Below, piece by piece: positions 28,163 to 37,739 of a stretch of DNA of 64,000 nucleotides. Under the pieces are notes generated by a model. It worked only from the letters and a program-made list of their open reading frames with translations, was not told the DNA's origin and ran no database searches. Where the stretch lies: contig OZ252287.1 in NCBI GenBank assembly GCA_965250085.1, positions 800,001 through 864,000 of the forward strand. Direction: 5' to 3'. Positions within the stretch are counted from its first letter, which is position 1, and every line of letters begins with the position of its first letter. The stretch is from Candidatus Altimarinota bacterium. GTDB taxonomy: Bacteria > Patescibacteriota > Gracilibacteria > CAIRYL01. The translations under genes and the position numbers were made by a program.

Positions 28163-28573
28163 ATGCTCTCTGCTCTTCAGGAAATCATAGAAGAACTCCA
28201 AGAAATCGAAGAATCGAATGAGAAACTCAAGTTTATACTCTCTCTCGCAGATGAACTTCCTGAGTTTTCGGAAAAGGAAAAAACTCCGGAGAACAAAATT
28301 TCTGGATGTGCATCAAATGCCTATATCGTTTCAGAATACAAAGATGGAAAAATATGCTTCCGTGGTGACAGTGATGCACAAATCCCTAAAGGGATATTGG
28401 CACTCTTTATTCTCGGCTGTGAAGGCGTGTCTCCTGAAGAAATTGTGAAACTCGAGCCAGAATTTTTGGAACATACAGGATTGAAGAATATTCTCTCCCC
28501 GTCTCGCGTGAATGGATCATATCAGATCTATAAACGCATACAGGAAGAAGCGAGAAAGTACGTTGCTGAATGA
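28163..28573 (+). CDS. sufE: SufE family Fe-S assembly sulfur acceptor
   Basis: NKISGCAS, GDSDAQIPKG, LSPSRVNG. Confidence 0.9.
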   Translation: MLSALQEIIEELQEIEESNEKLKFILSLADELPEFSEKEKTPENKISGCASNAYIVSEYKDGKICFRGDSDAQIPKGILALFILGCEGVSPEEIVKLEPEFLEHTGLKNILSPSRVNGSYQIYKRIQEEARKYVAE

Positions 28574-28628
28574 TATTTTTCTTGAAAATTAAAACTTCTT
28601 TTTACATTTTGAATTTTGCATTATGAAT

Positions 28629-29639
28629 TCAGAAGAGCTCCATTTGCGAATCTGATTTCTCAGAAGATACTTTGGAAGTACTCGAGAGAGGTGTTTTTTT
28701 GGCTTCCTCCAATTCCTGCCAGAGAGCATCCTCTTCTTTTTCTTCATCCGTCATATCCGCAGGAGAAAACGTTTTTTTAAGTCGATTGATAAGTGAGTGA
28801 AATTGAAATTTTCGGAAAAATGACTCGAGTTCTTCTGGAACAATGTTGGAGATATGCCCCCCTTCAAGGGTATATCCATCTAAGTTCAGATCTCTATGCA
28901 GGGTTGTCATCTCTTTGGTGAGGAGTGCAATCTTTGTTTCTTTTTGAATCCTTTCTCCCATCGCACCAGGAATCTCATGGGCATGATGGCAAATACTTTC
29001 CAAAGTGCCATATTGTTGGAGCAACTTTGAAGCCGTTTTTGCCCCCACTCCTGGGACACCTTTCAAATTATCAGAAGTATCCCCCACCATTCCTTTATAA
29101 TCCGGAATTTGTTCTGGATACACCCCCAGTTTCTGAAATACATCTTCTCTCTTGAGATGCAAAGGGGGATGTCCACCACTTTGAGGAAGTCCGAGAACAA
29201 CATTCTCTCCCACAAGTTGAAAAATATCATGATCACCGCTCACGATTTCTATATCAAAATCTTTGTTTCCTCGATACATTTCTGAAATCGTAGCAAGGAT
29301 GTCGTCTGCCTCCAATCCTTCGTGGGAAAAGAGGGGGATATGAAACGCATCAAAAATATTGAATATTTTTGGGAGTTGTGAAACCAACTCTGGAGGCATT
29401 TCTGGACGATGCCCCTTGTAATCTGGAAATACTTCATGACGTCTGGTTTTTCCCTTTTCATCCTTTGCTCCAAAAATATAATCCGGCTTCTCTGATCCAA
29501 TAAGGGAAAGTAAAATCGAACTTACCCCAAAAATAGCATTAATAGCATTGCCATCCGCATCCGTCATAGTTTTTGGAAGTGCAAAAAATGCTCGAAAAAA
29601 CAGATGTGAGACATCTAAAAGTAGGATTTTTTGAGACAC
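28629..29639 (-). CDS. Stand-alone 5'-3' exonuclease (Pol I N-terminal/ExoIX-like)
   Basis: LLLD..LFFRAFFA, YKGHR, EADD, SGDHD, GDTSDNLKGVPGVGAKTA; no polymerase domain. Confidence 0.9.
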   Translation of the reverse strand: MSQKILLLDVSHLFFRAFFALPKTMTDADGNAINAIFGVSSILLSLIGSEKPDYIFGAKDEKGKTRRHEVFPDYKGHRPEMPPELVSQLPKIFNIFDAFHIPLFSHEGLEADDILATISEMYRGNKDFDIEIVSGDHDIFQLVGENVVLGLPQSGGHPPLHLKREDVFQKLGVYPEQIPDYKGMVGDTSDNLKGVPGVGAKTASKLLQQYGTLESICHHAHEIPGAMGERIQKETKIALLTKEMTTLHRDLNLDGYTLEGGHISNIVPEELESFFRKFQFHSLINRLKKTFSPADMTDEEKEEDALWQELEEAKKTPLSSTSKVSSEKSDSQMELF

Positions 29640-29742
29640 GTTGAGAAATATGAAAAGAACAAAAAAATTTTGCCACATCCCCCCTCTTTCTGAAAGAGCA
29701 ATAGTGTATAATTGTCGCATCTGTTTTGGCATGGTTCCTTCG

Positions 29743-30135
29743 ATGAATTTCCTTATCCTACGTATCCTTTGCATATTGGGCTTTTTACTCTCTCTCTATG
29801 CTCTTCATATAAAAAGATGTCTGGAAAAAGACATCCATCATCGTTCTGTATGCGATATAAATGACAGAATTTCTTGTACCAAAGCTATAAAAAGCGGCCA
29901 TGGCGATCTGTTTCTCATCCCAAATTCTGTATGGGGCATGCTTTTTTATGTGACCATGTTTATGACCTCATATCTGACTCCTCAATTTCTTTTCCCTCTT
30001 GCCATAACCTCTGCAATTGCATCTGTGTACTTAGCCTTTGTACTGTACACAAAAATAAAAAGTGTGTGCCTGGTGTGCACGAGTATTTATATTATAAATA
30101 TTTTTCTGCTCGTCATCAGCTGGCCAGTGAGTTGA
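29743..30135 (+). CDS. Vitamin K epoxide reductase (VKOR) family protein
   Basis: CDINDRISC, PNSVWG, CLVC. Confidence 0.9.
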   Translation: MNFLILRILCILGFLLSLYALHIKRCLEKDIHHRSVCDINDRISCTKAIKSGHGDLFLIPNSVWGMLFYVTMFMTSYLTPQFLFPLAITSAIASVYLAFVLYTKIKSVCLVCTSIYIINIFLLVISWPVS

Positions 30136-31111
30136 GTGCTTCACTCATAACAAAACTCTCATCACGCAAAATCTTATGAGAGATATCGACTCCAGAAATA
30201 AATGTGTTTTTGCCGATGACTGCATTTTGTATAGAACAATTGTCTAGTGTGACCCCTTCTAAAATAAGAGAATTTTCGAGAGAAACATTTTCTCTGACCA
30301 TAACATTGTCTCCCAAAAAAACGGATCCTCGAAGAGATGTGTTTGGGGCAATTGAAGTGTTTTTCCCCTGTACTATTTTCCCTTCCAGCAAGTGCAGATT
30401 GGCAGCGAGATATGCAGAGAATGAGCCAATATCAAACCACTCCTCCTGAAAAGAGAAGTACCGTACTACGTGTTTTTCTTCCAAAAGATATTCAAATATT
30501 TTTCCAAGATCATCTCTGTTTTTTTCAGAAAAAGAAATAAGATCTTTTATATTTTTTTGAGGAAGGACAAAACATCCGGTCGCTACAAGTGTCGATTTTG
30601 GATGTTCTGGTTTTTCTTGAAAACTTTGTATAACTCCTTTTGCACTCTTGTGTGGCACCACAACCCCAAAGAAGCTTGCCTTTTGTGCATCTTCGATATC
30701 ATACACTGCCAAGAGCACATCTTCTGCAAAGGATTGAAACTCAACAAAAAACTGATCAAAAGAAAATCCAAAATAATTATCCCCTGCTATTACTAAAATA
30801 TCTTCTTGAATTTTTTTTTCTTGTATCACTAGAGAAGTTGCGTACAGAGCTCCTTTTTTTCTTTTTTCGCTCTTACTATCTTCAATAAATATTTCTATTT
30901 TTCTTTTGGGAAAATATTTCTTTTTCCATTCTTGAAAATCGTTTGCAAATACTGCATTGGTAGAAACAAATATTTCAAGATTTTCTGGAAGAGATTCTAT
31001 AATCCAGGAGATCAGTGGCTTTCCTGCAAGCGGTACCAAGGGCTTTGCTGTTTTTTCGGTAAGGGGCCAAAGGCGTGTCGCAAATCCTCCTGCTAAGATA
31101 ATCACTTTCAT
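30116..31111 (-). CDS. Sugar-phosphate nucleotidyltransferase with LbH C-terminus
   Basis: ILAGGFATRLWPLT..KPL, AGDN, FQEKP, WFDIG. Confidence 0.9.
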   Translation of the reverse strand: MKVIILAGGFATRLWPLTEKTAKPLVPLAGKPLISWIIESLPENLEIFVSTNAVFANDFQEWKKKYFPKRKIEIFIEDSKSEKRKKGALYATSLVIQEKKIQEDILVIAGDNYFGFSFDQFFVEFQSFAEDVLLAVYDIEDAQKASFFGVVVPHKSAKGVIQSFQEKPEHPKSTLVATGCFVLPQKNIKDLISFSEKNRDDLGKIFEYLLEEKHVVRYFSFQEEWFDIGSFSAYLAANLHLLEGKIVQGKNTSIAPNTSLRGSVFLGDNVMVRENVSLENSLILEGVTLDNCSIQNAVIGKNTFISGVDISHKILRDESFVMSEALNSLAS

Positions 31112-32388
31112 TCTTGATGCTTTTTAAAAAAGTAGAAAACATAATTCCACATACTCCATATGATTATTTTGATATCTTGCCAAATGCTCCAGGTATGGAT
31201 ATAGGTAAGATCGGTTTTGAACATAACTTCTCTGTCATCTCTTTGTCCCTGTATTTTCTTCAGCTGCCATGGCCCCAACATGCCCGGACGAAGTACCATC
31301 CTCCTTTTAAAATGTGCTGGAAGATTCTTCCATTCTTCTGGAAGTTCTGGTCGAGGCCCTACAAAACTCATCTCACCCTTGAATACATTTAAAATATTTG
31401 GAATATCTCGAACAAACTCTCTTTTACTGTGATATCGAAAAAGATCGAACGATTTTCCTCCAGCGCCGATTCGTCTTTCTGTTCGAAAAAGTTTTTTTTG
31501 CCCTTGGAAAATTTTTTGAATACAAAAGACAGGAAAAAGAAGAACCAGGAGCGTCACTGCACATAACAAGTCGCTTCCTCTCTTCCAAAATTGTCCCCAT
31601 CCAAAGAGGGGTGAATGTGAAAGTGTCAGAAAAGTTTTTCCAGAGATTGATTCTGGGAAAATATTTTCCCGAAAAACTCCAAGAATTTCTGGTGCAATAC
31701 GAAGCCCTAAAAACCTTCCTTCTGCAAAGAGAAGAAGATTCATCATCTGTTCTTCTGCATCACAAAGCAATATTTCATGAATATCATATTCTTCACTTAT
31801 TTTTTCGAGTGCATCTAATTTTCCACATATGGGGACATTATGAATGTGCTTTTGTGTGGCTCCAAAGGGAGCAAGTATTGCCACGGGTTGGTGTCGGGAT
31901 TTATTTTTTTTGAGCAAAGAAATACTTTTTTCAGCAGCTTTATTTGCCCCAATAACAAGTACTCTTACAATATCTCGTCCTTCATTTGCTTTTTTTCTTT
32001 CCCAGTATTGTTCCAATTTCCAAGAAAAGAGAAGGAACCCCGTTCCCAGCGTGAAGATGAGGAGAACGATTGCTCGTGAGAAAAATATTTCTCTACGAAA
32101 AAAGAAAAGGAGAACAAAAAGCATTGTGCCCCCAAGAGATGAAAGAGAGGCACTCCGCAATATGTCTCCCCAATTTTTTTCCCGTAAAGAGTATTTGCCT
32201 CCCCATACCAAAAGGAATATCCATACGGGTGTGATCCATAAAGCATTTTCGAGATACGACCTAAAAGGAAAGTCTGGACGATCAAAACTTCCGAGGCGCA
32301 AGTAAAACGCTCCTATAAATGCTGCAAGTATCAGAAAAATATCGAGAGCAAAGAAAAAGAGCTTTTGTTTGAGAAGAGGTTTGTACAT
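31108..32388 (-). CDS. WbaP/WcaJ-family polyprenyl glycosylphosphotransferase (divergent)
   Basis: N-terminal TMs, CoA-binding-like domain, KRGSDL, NVFKGEMSFVGPRP, RPGMLGPWQ, WSIWQDIKI. Confidence 0.85.
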   Translation of the reverse strand: MYKPLLKQKLFFFALDIFLILAAFIGAFYLRLGSFDRPDFPFRSYLENALWITPVWIFLLVWGGKYSLREKNWGDILRSASLSSLGGTMLFVLLFFFRREIFFSRAIVLLIFTLGTGFLLFSWKLEQYWERKKANEGRDIVRVLVIGANKAAEKSISLLKKNKSRHQPVAILAPFGATQKHIHNVPICGKLDALEKISEEYDIHEILLCDAEEQMMNLLLFAEGRFLGLRIAPEILGVFRENIFPESISGKTFLTLSHSPLFGWGQFWKRGSDLLCAVTLLVLLFPVFCIQKIFQGQKKLFRTERRIGAGGKSFDLFRYHSKREFVRDIPNILNVFKGEMSFVGPRPELPEEWKNLPAHFKRRMVLRPGMLGPWQLKKIQGQRDDREVMFKTDLTYIHTWSIWQDIKIIIWSMWNYVFYFFKKHQE

Positions 32389-32399
32389 TCCAGAACTTT

Positions 32400-34109
32400 T
32401 TAAGAGACTTCTGCTAAGTAGCACTCTTCGCAGTATACCGTCTTTGATCTCGTAGGGGAACCTGTCCGCCGCAATCCCACAATTCGGGACGAAGGCGGGT
32501 ATGTGGTCTGTATCCCTTTCTGACACTTGTCACACGTCCCTGAGTAAAGCTTTCTAGAATTTCTGAGAACCATTCTTCTTTTATGTCGTGCGTCTGGATG
32601 TAAATGAGGAACTGGCAAGTTCATTTTTCTATAGAATTCTAATTCTGATTTTTGGATTTTAAAAAGCTTTCCTGTTTTTTCACATTCGATTGCCCAGTTC
32701 AAGATATTATCGGGGATATTGACTATACTCTCTGGAAGTTTTTGAGCAGGGATCTTTTGAGTGACATCTGAGAAATTTGTCTCTTCTTCCTCTTTCCATT
32801 TCCATCCTTTCTGGAGAACTTCTTCCTGGGTAAGAGGAAAATATTCATGAGCAGTCGTTTCATTGTATCCAAATGGTGAAAGATGCTGAGGAAAAAATTC
32901 TCCCCATTCCCTTGTTTGTTTCATATGTTCTATAATCTTCGGCACCAGCTTTTTATATTCTTCCTTCGTGTACTGTTTGTTCAGAATGCAGTGATCCTTA
33001 TGCCGCATACCAATACAACCGAAAAGATATGATGCACCTTGCGGGCAAATTTGAGAATAATAAATATCATGTGATTCCCACACATTTTCACAGAAAAAAG
33101 TACGATAAGCATTATACCCCCCCACAGAACACTCGTAAGATTCATCTATTCCCATTCCAAAATAGGTAACATCATAATTTCCAAAACTTACCTTATCGCC
33201 CTTTTTTAAATCAGAGCAATATCGGGAATTTTCCAAATATTCGCAGTCAAAACAAGAAAAGCAGTTTTTTGTTTGCACCAGATAATCACCCGTAGAATTT
33301 TCTGTGTTTTTTTCCTGCATCCATTTCATGAAGTGTTCTGAACGGAATTTTTGAAAGCCTTGCCAAATACCCTGAAGAGATTTCTCCTTTTTGATTTTCG
33401 AGACCTCCTCTCTATATTTTTCCGGAGAGAGTTTTTTGTTAAAGAAATGATGACTCTTGTTTCGCAAATTGACGCACCCAAAGCAATTTTTACAGCCAAT
33501 AAGATTTTCGGAAAAATGACATTCATCTGAATTATGAGAATCAACAAGAAACGTGCAAAAAGAACAATTCGTACAATTGAGACATTCATAGCATCCCTGA
33601 CAGTCATATATTTTAAATGAGTCCACTGAGTCAAAACACCTATTGACTCCTTTTCCATACAGGCATTGTTCAGATTCATCAGAATTTACAAGTAAATAAC
33701 AATTTTTAAGCCATCCGGCATGATTGCAATAGTCAGAATTTTCCATAGTGGAACTGAGCACTGCGAGAGAGAAATGAGGCACTTGGTTGCAAAGATCATT
33801 GAATTGATCAAAAAAAGAACGGGTAAAATCAAAATCTCTCCCATATTCAAGCGGATCCCATTTATCACTCCACCAGCAATCTGGGCAATACACTGGAAAC
33901 TGAACTTTTGCATCGTACATAGAAATTATTCTCTTTTTGCAAAGGTCACATGTTCGGTGATACATCTTCCTCTCATTTCGCCACACCATTCGCCGTTGCA
34001 TGCGACACGATGGACAATGAGTTGGCTCTGGAACGTTTGTTTTTCTATAAAACTCCTGATCTTCAGGAAAGATCTGAAAATCTTCTGAGCATTGGACACA
34101 CTTTTTCAT
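32400..34109 (-). CDS. Cys-rich zinc-ribbon/repeat protein, paralog 2
   Basis: Same architecture as 17904-19577. Confidence 0.85.
   Translation of the reverse strand: MKKCVQCSEDFQIFPEDQEFYRKTNVPEPTHCPSCRMQRRMVWRNERKMYHRTCDLCKKRIISMYDAKVQFPVYCPDCWWSDKWDPLEYGRDFDFTRSFFDQFNDLCNQVPHFSLAVLSSTMENSDYCNHAGWLKNCYLLVNSDESEQCLYGKGVNRCFDSVDSFKIYDCQGCYECLNCTNCSFCTFLVDSHNSDECHFSENLIGCKNCFGCVNLRNKSHHFFNKKLSPEKYREEVSKIKKEKSLQGIWQGFQKFRSEHFMKWMQEKNTENSTGDYLVQTKNCFSCFDCEYLENSRYCSDLKKGDKVSFGNYDVTYFGMGIDESYECSVGGYNAYRTFFCENVWESHDIYYSQICPQGASYLFGCIGMRHKDHCILNKQYTKEEYKKLVPKIIEHMKQTREWGEFFPQHLSPFGYNETTAHEYFPLTQEEVLQKGWKWKEEEETNFSDVTQKIPAQKLPESIVNIPDNILNWAIECEKTGKLFKIQKSELEFYRKMNLPVPHLHPDARHKRRMVLRNSRKLYSGTCDKCQKGIQTTYPPSSRIVGLRRTGSPTRSKTVYCEECYLAEVS
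32461..32499. repeat. 39-bp REP-like palindrome inserted in-frame in paralog 2
   Basis: CCTGTCCGCCGCAATCCCACAATTCGGGACGAAGGCGGG adds PPSSRIVGLRRTG between conserved TTY and SP. Confidence 0.8.
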
Positions 34110-34157
34110 ATGAGTACTGTACCTCTATTAATATACTTCTTTCAAATAACACTCTTC

Positions 34158-34182
34158 GTCCTTCGACTTCGCTCAGGATGAA
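34158..34182. repeat. REP-like element between paralogs
   Basis: GTCCTTCGACTTCGCTCAGGATGAA, related to the element at 34658-34705. Confidence 0.6.
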
Positions 34183-35913
34183 TCAGTATACCTCTGCAAG
34201 ATAACACTCTTCGCAGTATATCGTCTCAGGTCTTTCTGGGGAATAGGTGGTTTGTATCGATTTTTGACACTTATCACATTTTCTTTCCCAAATTTTTGCA
34301 GGATTTCTCAGAGCAAGTCTTTTGTGATGCCGTATATCTGGATGAAGATGCGGAATAGGGAGGTCCATTTTTCTATAAAATTCGAGTTCGCCTTTTTGAA
34401 TCTTAAAAAATCTTCCTGATTCTTCGCATTCTATCGCCCAGTTCAGAATATCATCTGGGATATCTGCTATACTCTCTGGAAGTTTTTGAGCGGGAATATT
34501 TTTAGTGACATCTGAGAAGCCTGGCTCTTCTTCCTCTTTCCATTTCCATCCTTTCTGGAGAACTTCTTCCTTGGTAAGAGGAAAATATTCATGGGCAATA
34601 GTTTCGTTATACGCAAACGGCGATATGGATATCGGGAAATACTCTCCCCATTCCCCTGCCTGCCCTGAGTTTGCTTGCAGTGAGCTTGTCGAACCTGTCG
34701 AATGGATCTCCTGCATATGCTTTGCTATTTTTGCAGCGAGTTGATGGTATTCTTCTTTGGAATATTGTTTATTCAGAATACAATATTTTTGATTTTTGAG
34801 TCCTACGCAGGCAAAAAGATCATGACTGTGATGACAGTCTCGAGAGTAATAGATATTGTGGCAATACCATGTAAAAAAACAAGCGATACAGTCTTCTAGT
34901 CCTACAGCCGAACACACATTATAGCAAAATTTATTTCCATCTGGAGCACAAAAATTACAATCGTAACTTCTTACTGTTCTGGGCACAAATCCCATATATT
35001 TCGAATCTTCACACTCATTACAATCAAAACATTCAAGGCAATTTTTTGAGTTATAAATGCTTTCGCCTGTACAATTTTCACTATTATAAATATGTGAGGA
35101 CACATGAGGTAATTCCGCTTTGAGCTCATTAAGTCCGTTTTTTAAAGAGAATATCTTCTTTTGAGTAAGATTCACATACTCTTGTGCAAATCGTTTATAG
35201 TCTTGTTTTGAATATTGGGTATTAAAAACACAGTATTGCTTATTTCTCAGTCCAAAGCAGCCAATACAATTTTTACATGCTGAACAATCCTCCACCATAA
35301 GACACTCGCTGCAATTGCGACAATTGGTAAAGAATTTGCATCCATGGCACTTTTCTGAAGAAACTCCTTCGTAACTGAGTTCCGAAGAATATACTGCTAA
35401 CCCATCAAATACATCCTTTGAATCGACGATAAATTTTCCGTTCATACAGTCTTCATTATTTCCCGCTCCGAATATGAGATAGCAGTTTTTTTGATTGAGG
35501 GCAAAATTGGTGTAATAGCTATTTTCTACATTCGTCGTATAGAGAGAGGCATGTGGCACGTCTGCATAGAGTTCTTGTATCTGCTGGGTTGTTGTTTTTG
35601 AAAAATCAAAATTACGACCATAATCAAGTCCGCTCCATTCATCTCCCCACCACACCTCTTGATCATATACTATATATGGAGTATCTGGAGAATAAATGGA
35701 AATGATTGATCTTCCTGTAGCATCACACTTTCGTTGATAAAGTTTCCGTTCATTGCGAAAGGCTATTCTGTTTTGATATCGACATTCGGGGCATTTTTTG
35801 GGTGATAAAATATTAAATTTTTGACCAGCAAACACCGGAGAGATCTTGTCATAAAACTTCAGATCTTCTTTCGTGACCTCAAAATCTGCTGAGCACTGTG
35901 TACAGGTTTTCAT
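34183..35913 (-). CDS. Cys-rich zinc-ribbon/repeat protein, paralog 3
   Basis: Same architecture as paralogs 1 and 2. Confidence 0.85.
   Translation of the reverse strand: MKTCTQCSADFEVTKEDLKFYDKISPVFAGQKFNILSPKKCPECRYQNRIAFRNERKLYQRKCDATGRSIISIYSPDTPYIVYDQEVWWGDEWSGLDYGRNFDFSKTTTQQIQELYADVPHASLYTTNVENSYYTNFALNQKNCYLIFGAGNNEDCMNGKFIVDSKDVFDGLAVYSSELSYEGVSSEKCHGCKFFTNCRNCSECLMVEDCSACKNCIGCFGLRNKQYCVFNTQYSKQDYKRFAQEYVNLTQKKIFSLKNGLNELKAELPHVSSHIYNSENCTGESIYNSKNCLECFDCNECEDSKYMGFVPRTVRSYDCNFCAPDGNKFCYNVCSAVGLEDCIACFFTWYCHNIYYSRDCHHSHDLFACVGLKNQKYCILNKQYSKEEYHQLAAKIAKHMQEIHSTGSTSSLQANSGQAGEWGEYFPISISPFAYNETIAHEYFPLTKEEVLQKGWKWKEEEEPGFSDVTKNIPAQKLPESIADIPDDILNWAIECEESGRFFKIQKGELEFYRKMDLPIPHLHPDIRHHKRLALRNPAKIWERKCDKCQKSIQTTYSPERPETIYCEECYLAEVY
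34658..34705. repeat. Nested 24+24-bp REP-like insertion, in-frame in paralog 3
   Basis: GCCTGCCCTGAG[TTTGCTTGCAGTGAGCTTGTCGAA]CCTGTCGAATGG adds 16 aa relative to the paralogs. Confidence 0.75.
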
Positions 35914-35930
35914 AGGATGAGAGTATCAAA

Positions 35931-36017
35931 GAAGCTCCTCCTTGAAAAGGAAGGTTGGGTGGGTTTATTTTTAAGAAAGGCCCAAAAAACCCTTAATCCC
36001 TCTTTGCCAGGGGGGAA
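35931..36017. repeat. Paired CCCT..AAGGG hairpin repeats
   Basis: CTCCTCCTTGAAAAGGAAGGTTGGGTGGGTTT and CCCTCTTTGCCAGGGGG; same family as 8010, 39589, 62752 and 63575. Confidence 0.65.
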
Positions 36018-36020
36018 AGA

Positions 36021-37673
36021 TTAATACACTTCTTTCAGATACGCTTCCTCAGAATATACCTTTTCCGGTCGCTTAGGAGAGTATGTGGTCCAAATCTCTT
36101 TCCCTGTTTTTGTGCACTTTCGTTGCCAAAGCTTCCGTGGAGTTCTGAGTGCCATACGATGCTGATGCCGTATCTCTGGATGAAGATGTGGAATGGGAAG
36201 ATTCATTTTGCGATGAAATTCGAGTTCTTCTTTTTGAATCTTGAAGAGTCTTTGAGATTCTGAACATTCGAGTGCCCAATTTAAGATATCGTCAGGAATA
36301 TCTGAAATTTTATCGGGGAGTTTGGAGGCAGGAATACGTTTGGTAACATGAGAAAGTTCTTGCTCCGGAATATCTTTCCAAGTATATCCTTGCTCAGTAG
36401 CTTCTTTTTGAGAAATAGGAAAATACTCATGAGCAACTGTTTCATTATATCCCCAAGGGGAAAGTAATGCGGGGAAAAATTCTCCATATTCCTTTGTGTG
36501 CTTCATATACTCAATAATTTTTGGAAGAAGCTCTTCATATTCCTCTTTTGAATATTGTTTATTCAGAATGCAGTATTTTCCATGATTGAGACCAATGCAT
36601 CCAAATATATGATCAGAGTTGTTGCATTGATCTGAGTAGTAGGTTTCATGACAATAGTGGCTCGCCATACAAAATGCAGAAAATCGCATGTTGAGTGTAC
36701 TAATGAGCTCACATGCCATTTCTGGTTTGTAGAGGGAATAGTTGAGGTCATATGAGGTCTTGGCATCCAAAACATCATACAAATAACTGCAGTCTTCTGA
36801 ATTCGTAACATTGAATGCGTAATAACAATTTTTAGAATTCTGTATATTATTCCCCATACAGTTTTCTGAATTTAAGATATACATATCTCTATGGATTGCC
36901 TGTTGCATCTGCTCTTTCCAAATTTTGAGATATTTCTGAGTCTCAGAAAAAGATCCTGATTTCATCTCTTCTTGTCTTTTGTGATATTCCTCTTTTGAAT
37001 ACGGTTTATTCAAGATGTAATATTTCTTGTTTCTGAGATTTGTAGAAAAAAGACAGTCTTTGCATCCTTTGAGATCAAAACAAAACGAACAATCATTACA
37101 ATTTTCCATATGCATGCTGTACCGCACATTATAACAGGTATAACAGAGGAGGGATTCATAACACAGCTCCGAATGGTATGCAAATATGCAGTCTACACAG
37201 TTTTTAGAATACTTCGTAAACAGATTATAATAGCAGTCTTCATTTGCCTCTCCAGCAATATCGAGATAACAATTTTTATCATCTCCACAGTAATTGCAAT
37301 AATAACTGTTTTGACAATTGACAATATCAATCCCCAGACGGGGCACCTTCGTCATCAGATCTTTGAACTGCTCAAAGAAAGGACGGGAAAAATCAACGTC
37401 CTGTCCATAATCAAGTGGGTTCCACTTGTCTCCATACCATTCATCAGGATGGTACACCGGAAATACCGTGTGAGGTGGATATATAGATACAAAAGATTTT
37501 CCACTGAGGCTGCATTTTCGCTTAGAAAAACTGCGATCATTCCTCCATGCCATTCGTCTGCGTACGCGACATTCTGCGCAATGCGTTGGAGCAGAGATCT
37601 GCATTCGCTCGTAAAATTTCTGATCTTCAGAAGCAATATGAAACTCAGCCGAACACTGAACACAGGTTTTCAT
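36021..37673 (-). CDS. Cys-rich zinc-ribbon/repeat protein, paralog 4
   Basis: Same architecture; terminal zinc ligands partly lost (CTKTG..YSEEAY). Confidence 0.85.
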   Translation of the reverse strand: MKTCVQCSAEFHIASEDQKFYERMQISAPTHCAECRVRRRMAWRNDRSFSKRKCSLSGKSFVSIYPPHTVFPVYHPDEWYGDKWNPLDYGQDVDFSRPFFEQFKDLMTKVPRLGIDIVNCQNSYYCNYCGDDKNCYLDIAGEANEDCYYNLFTKYSKNCVDCIFAYHSELCYESLLCYTCYNVRYSMHMENCNDCSFCFDLKGCKDCLFSTNLRNKKYYILNKPYSKEEYHKRQEEMKSGSFSETQKYLKIWKEQMQQAIHRDMYILNSENCMGNNIQNSKNCYYAFNVTNSEDCSYLYDVLDAKTSYDLNYSLYKPEMACELISTLNMRFSAFCMASHYCHETYYSDQCNNSDHIFGCIGLNHGKYCILNKQYSKEEYEELLPKIIEYMKHTKEYGEFFPALLSPWGYNETVAHEYFPISQKEATEQGYTWKDIPEQELSHVTKRIPASKLPDKISDIPDDILNWALECSESQRLFKIQKEELEFHRKMNLPIPHLHPEIRHQHRMALRTPRKLWQRKCTKTGKEIWTTYSPKRPEKVYSEEAYLKEVY

Positions 37674-37739
37674 GATTGGTTGCTTATGAAGCAGAGTATC
37701 AAAAGGATGTCCTTTCTGTCACTACGACCCTGAACTTGT

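Noticed and set aside
32400-37673. Diversity-generating retroelement acting on the Cys-rich paralogs
   Set aside because: There is no reverse transcriptase in the window, the near-identical tracts lie within both coding genes, and mismatches are not obviously adenine-restricted.
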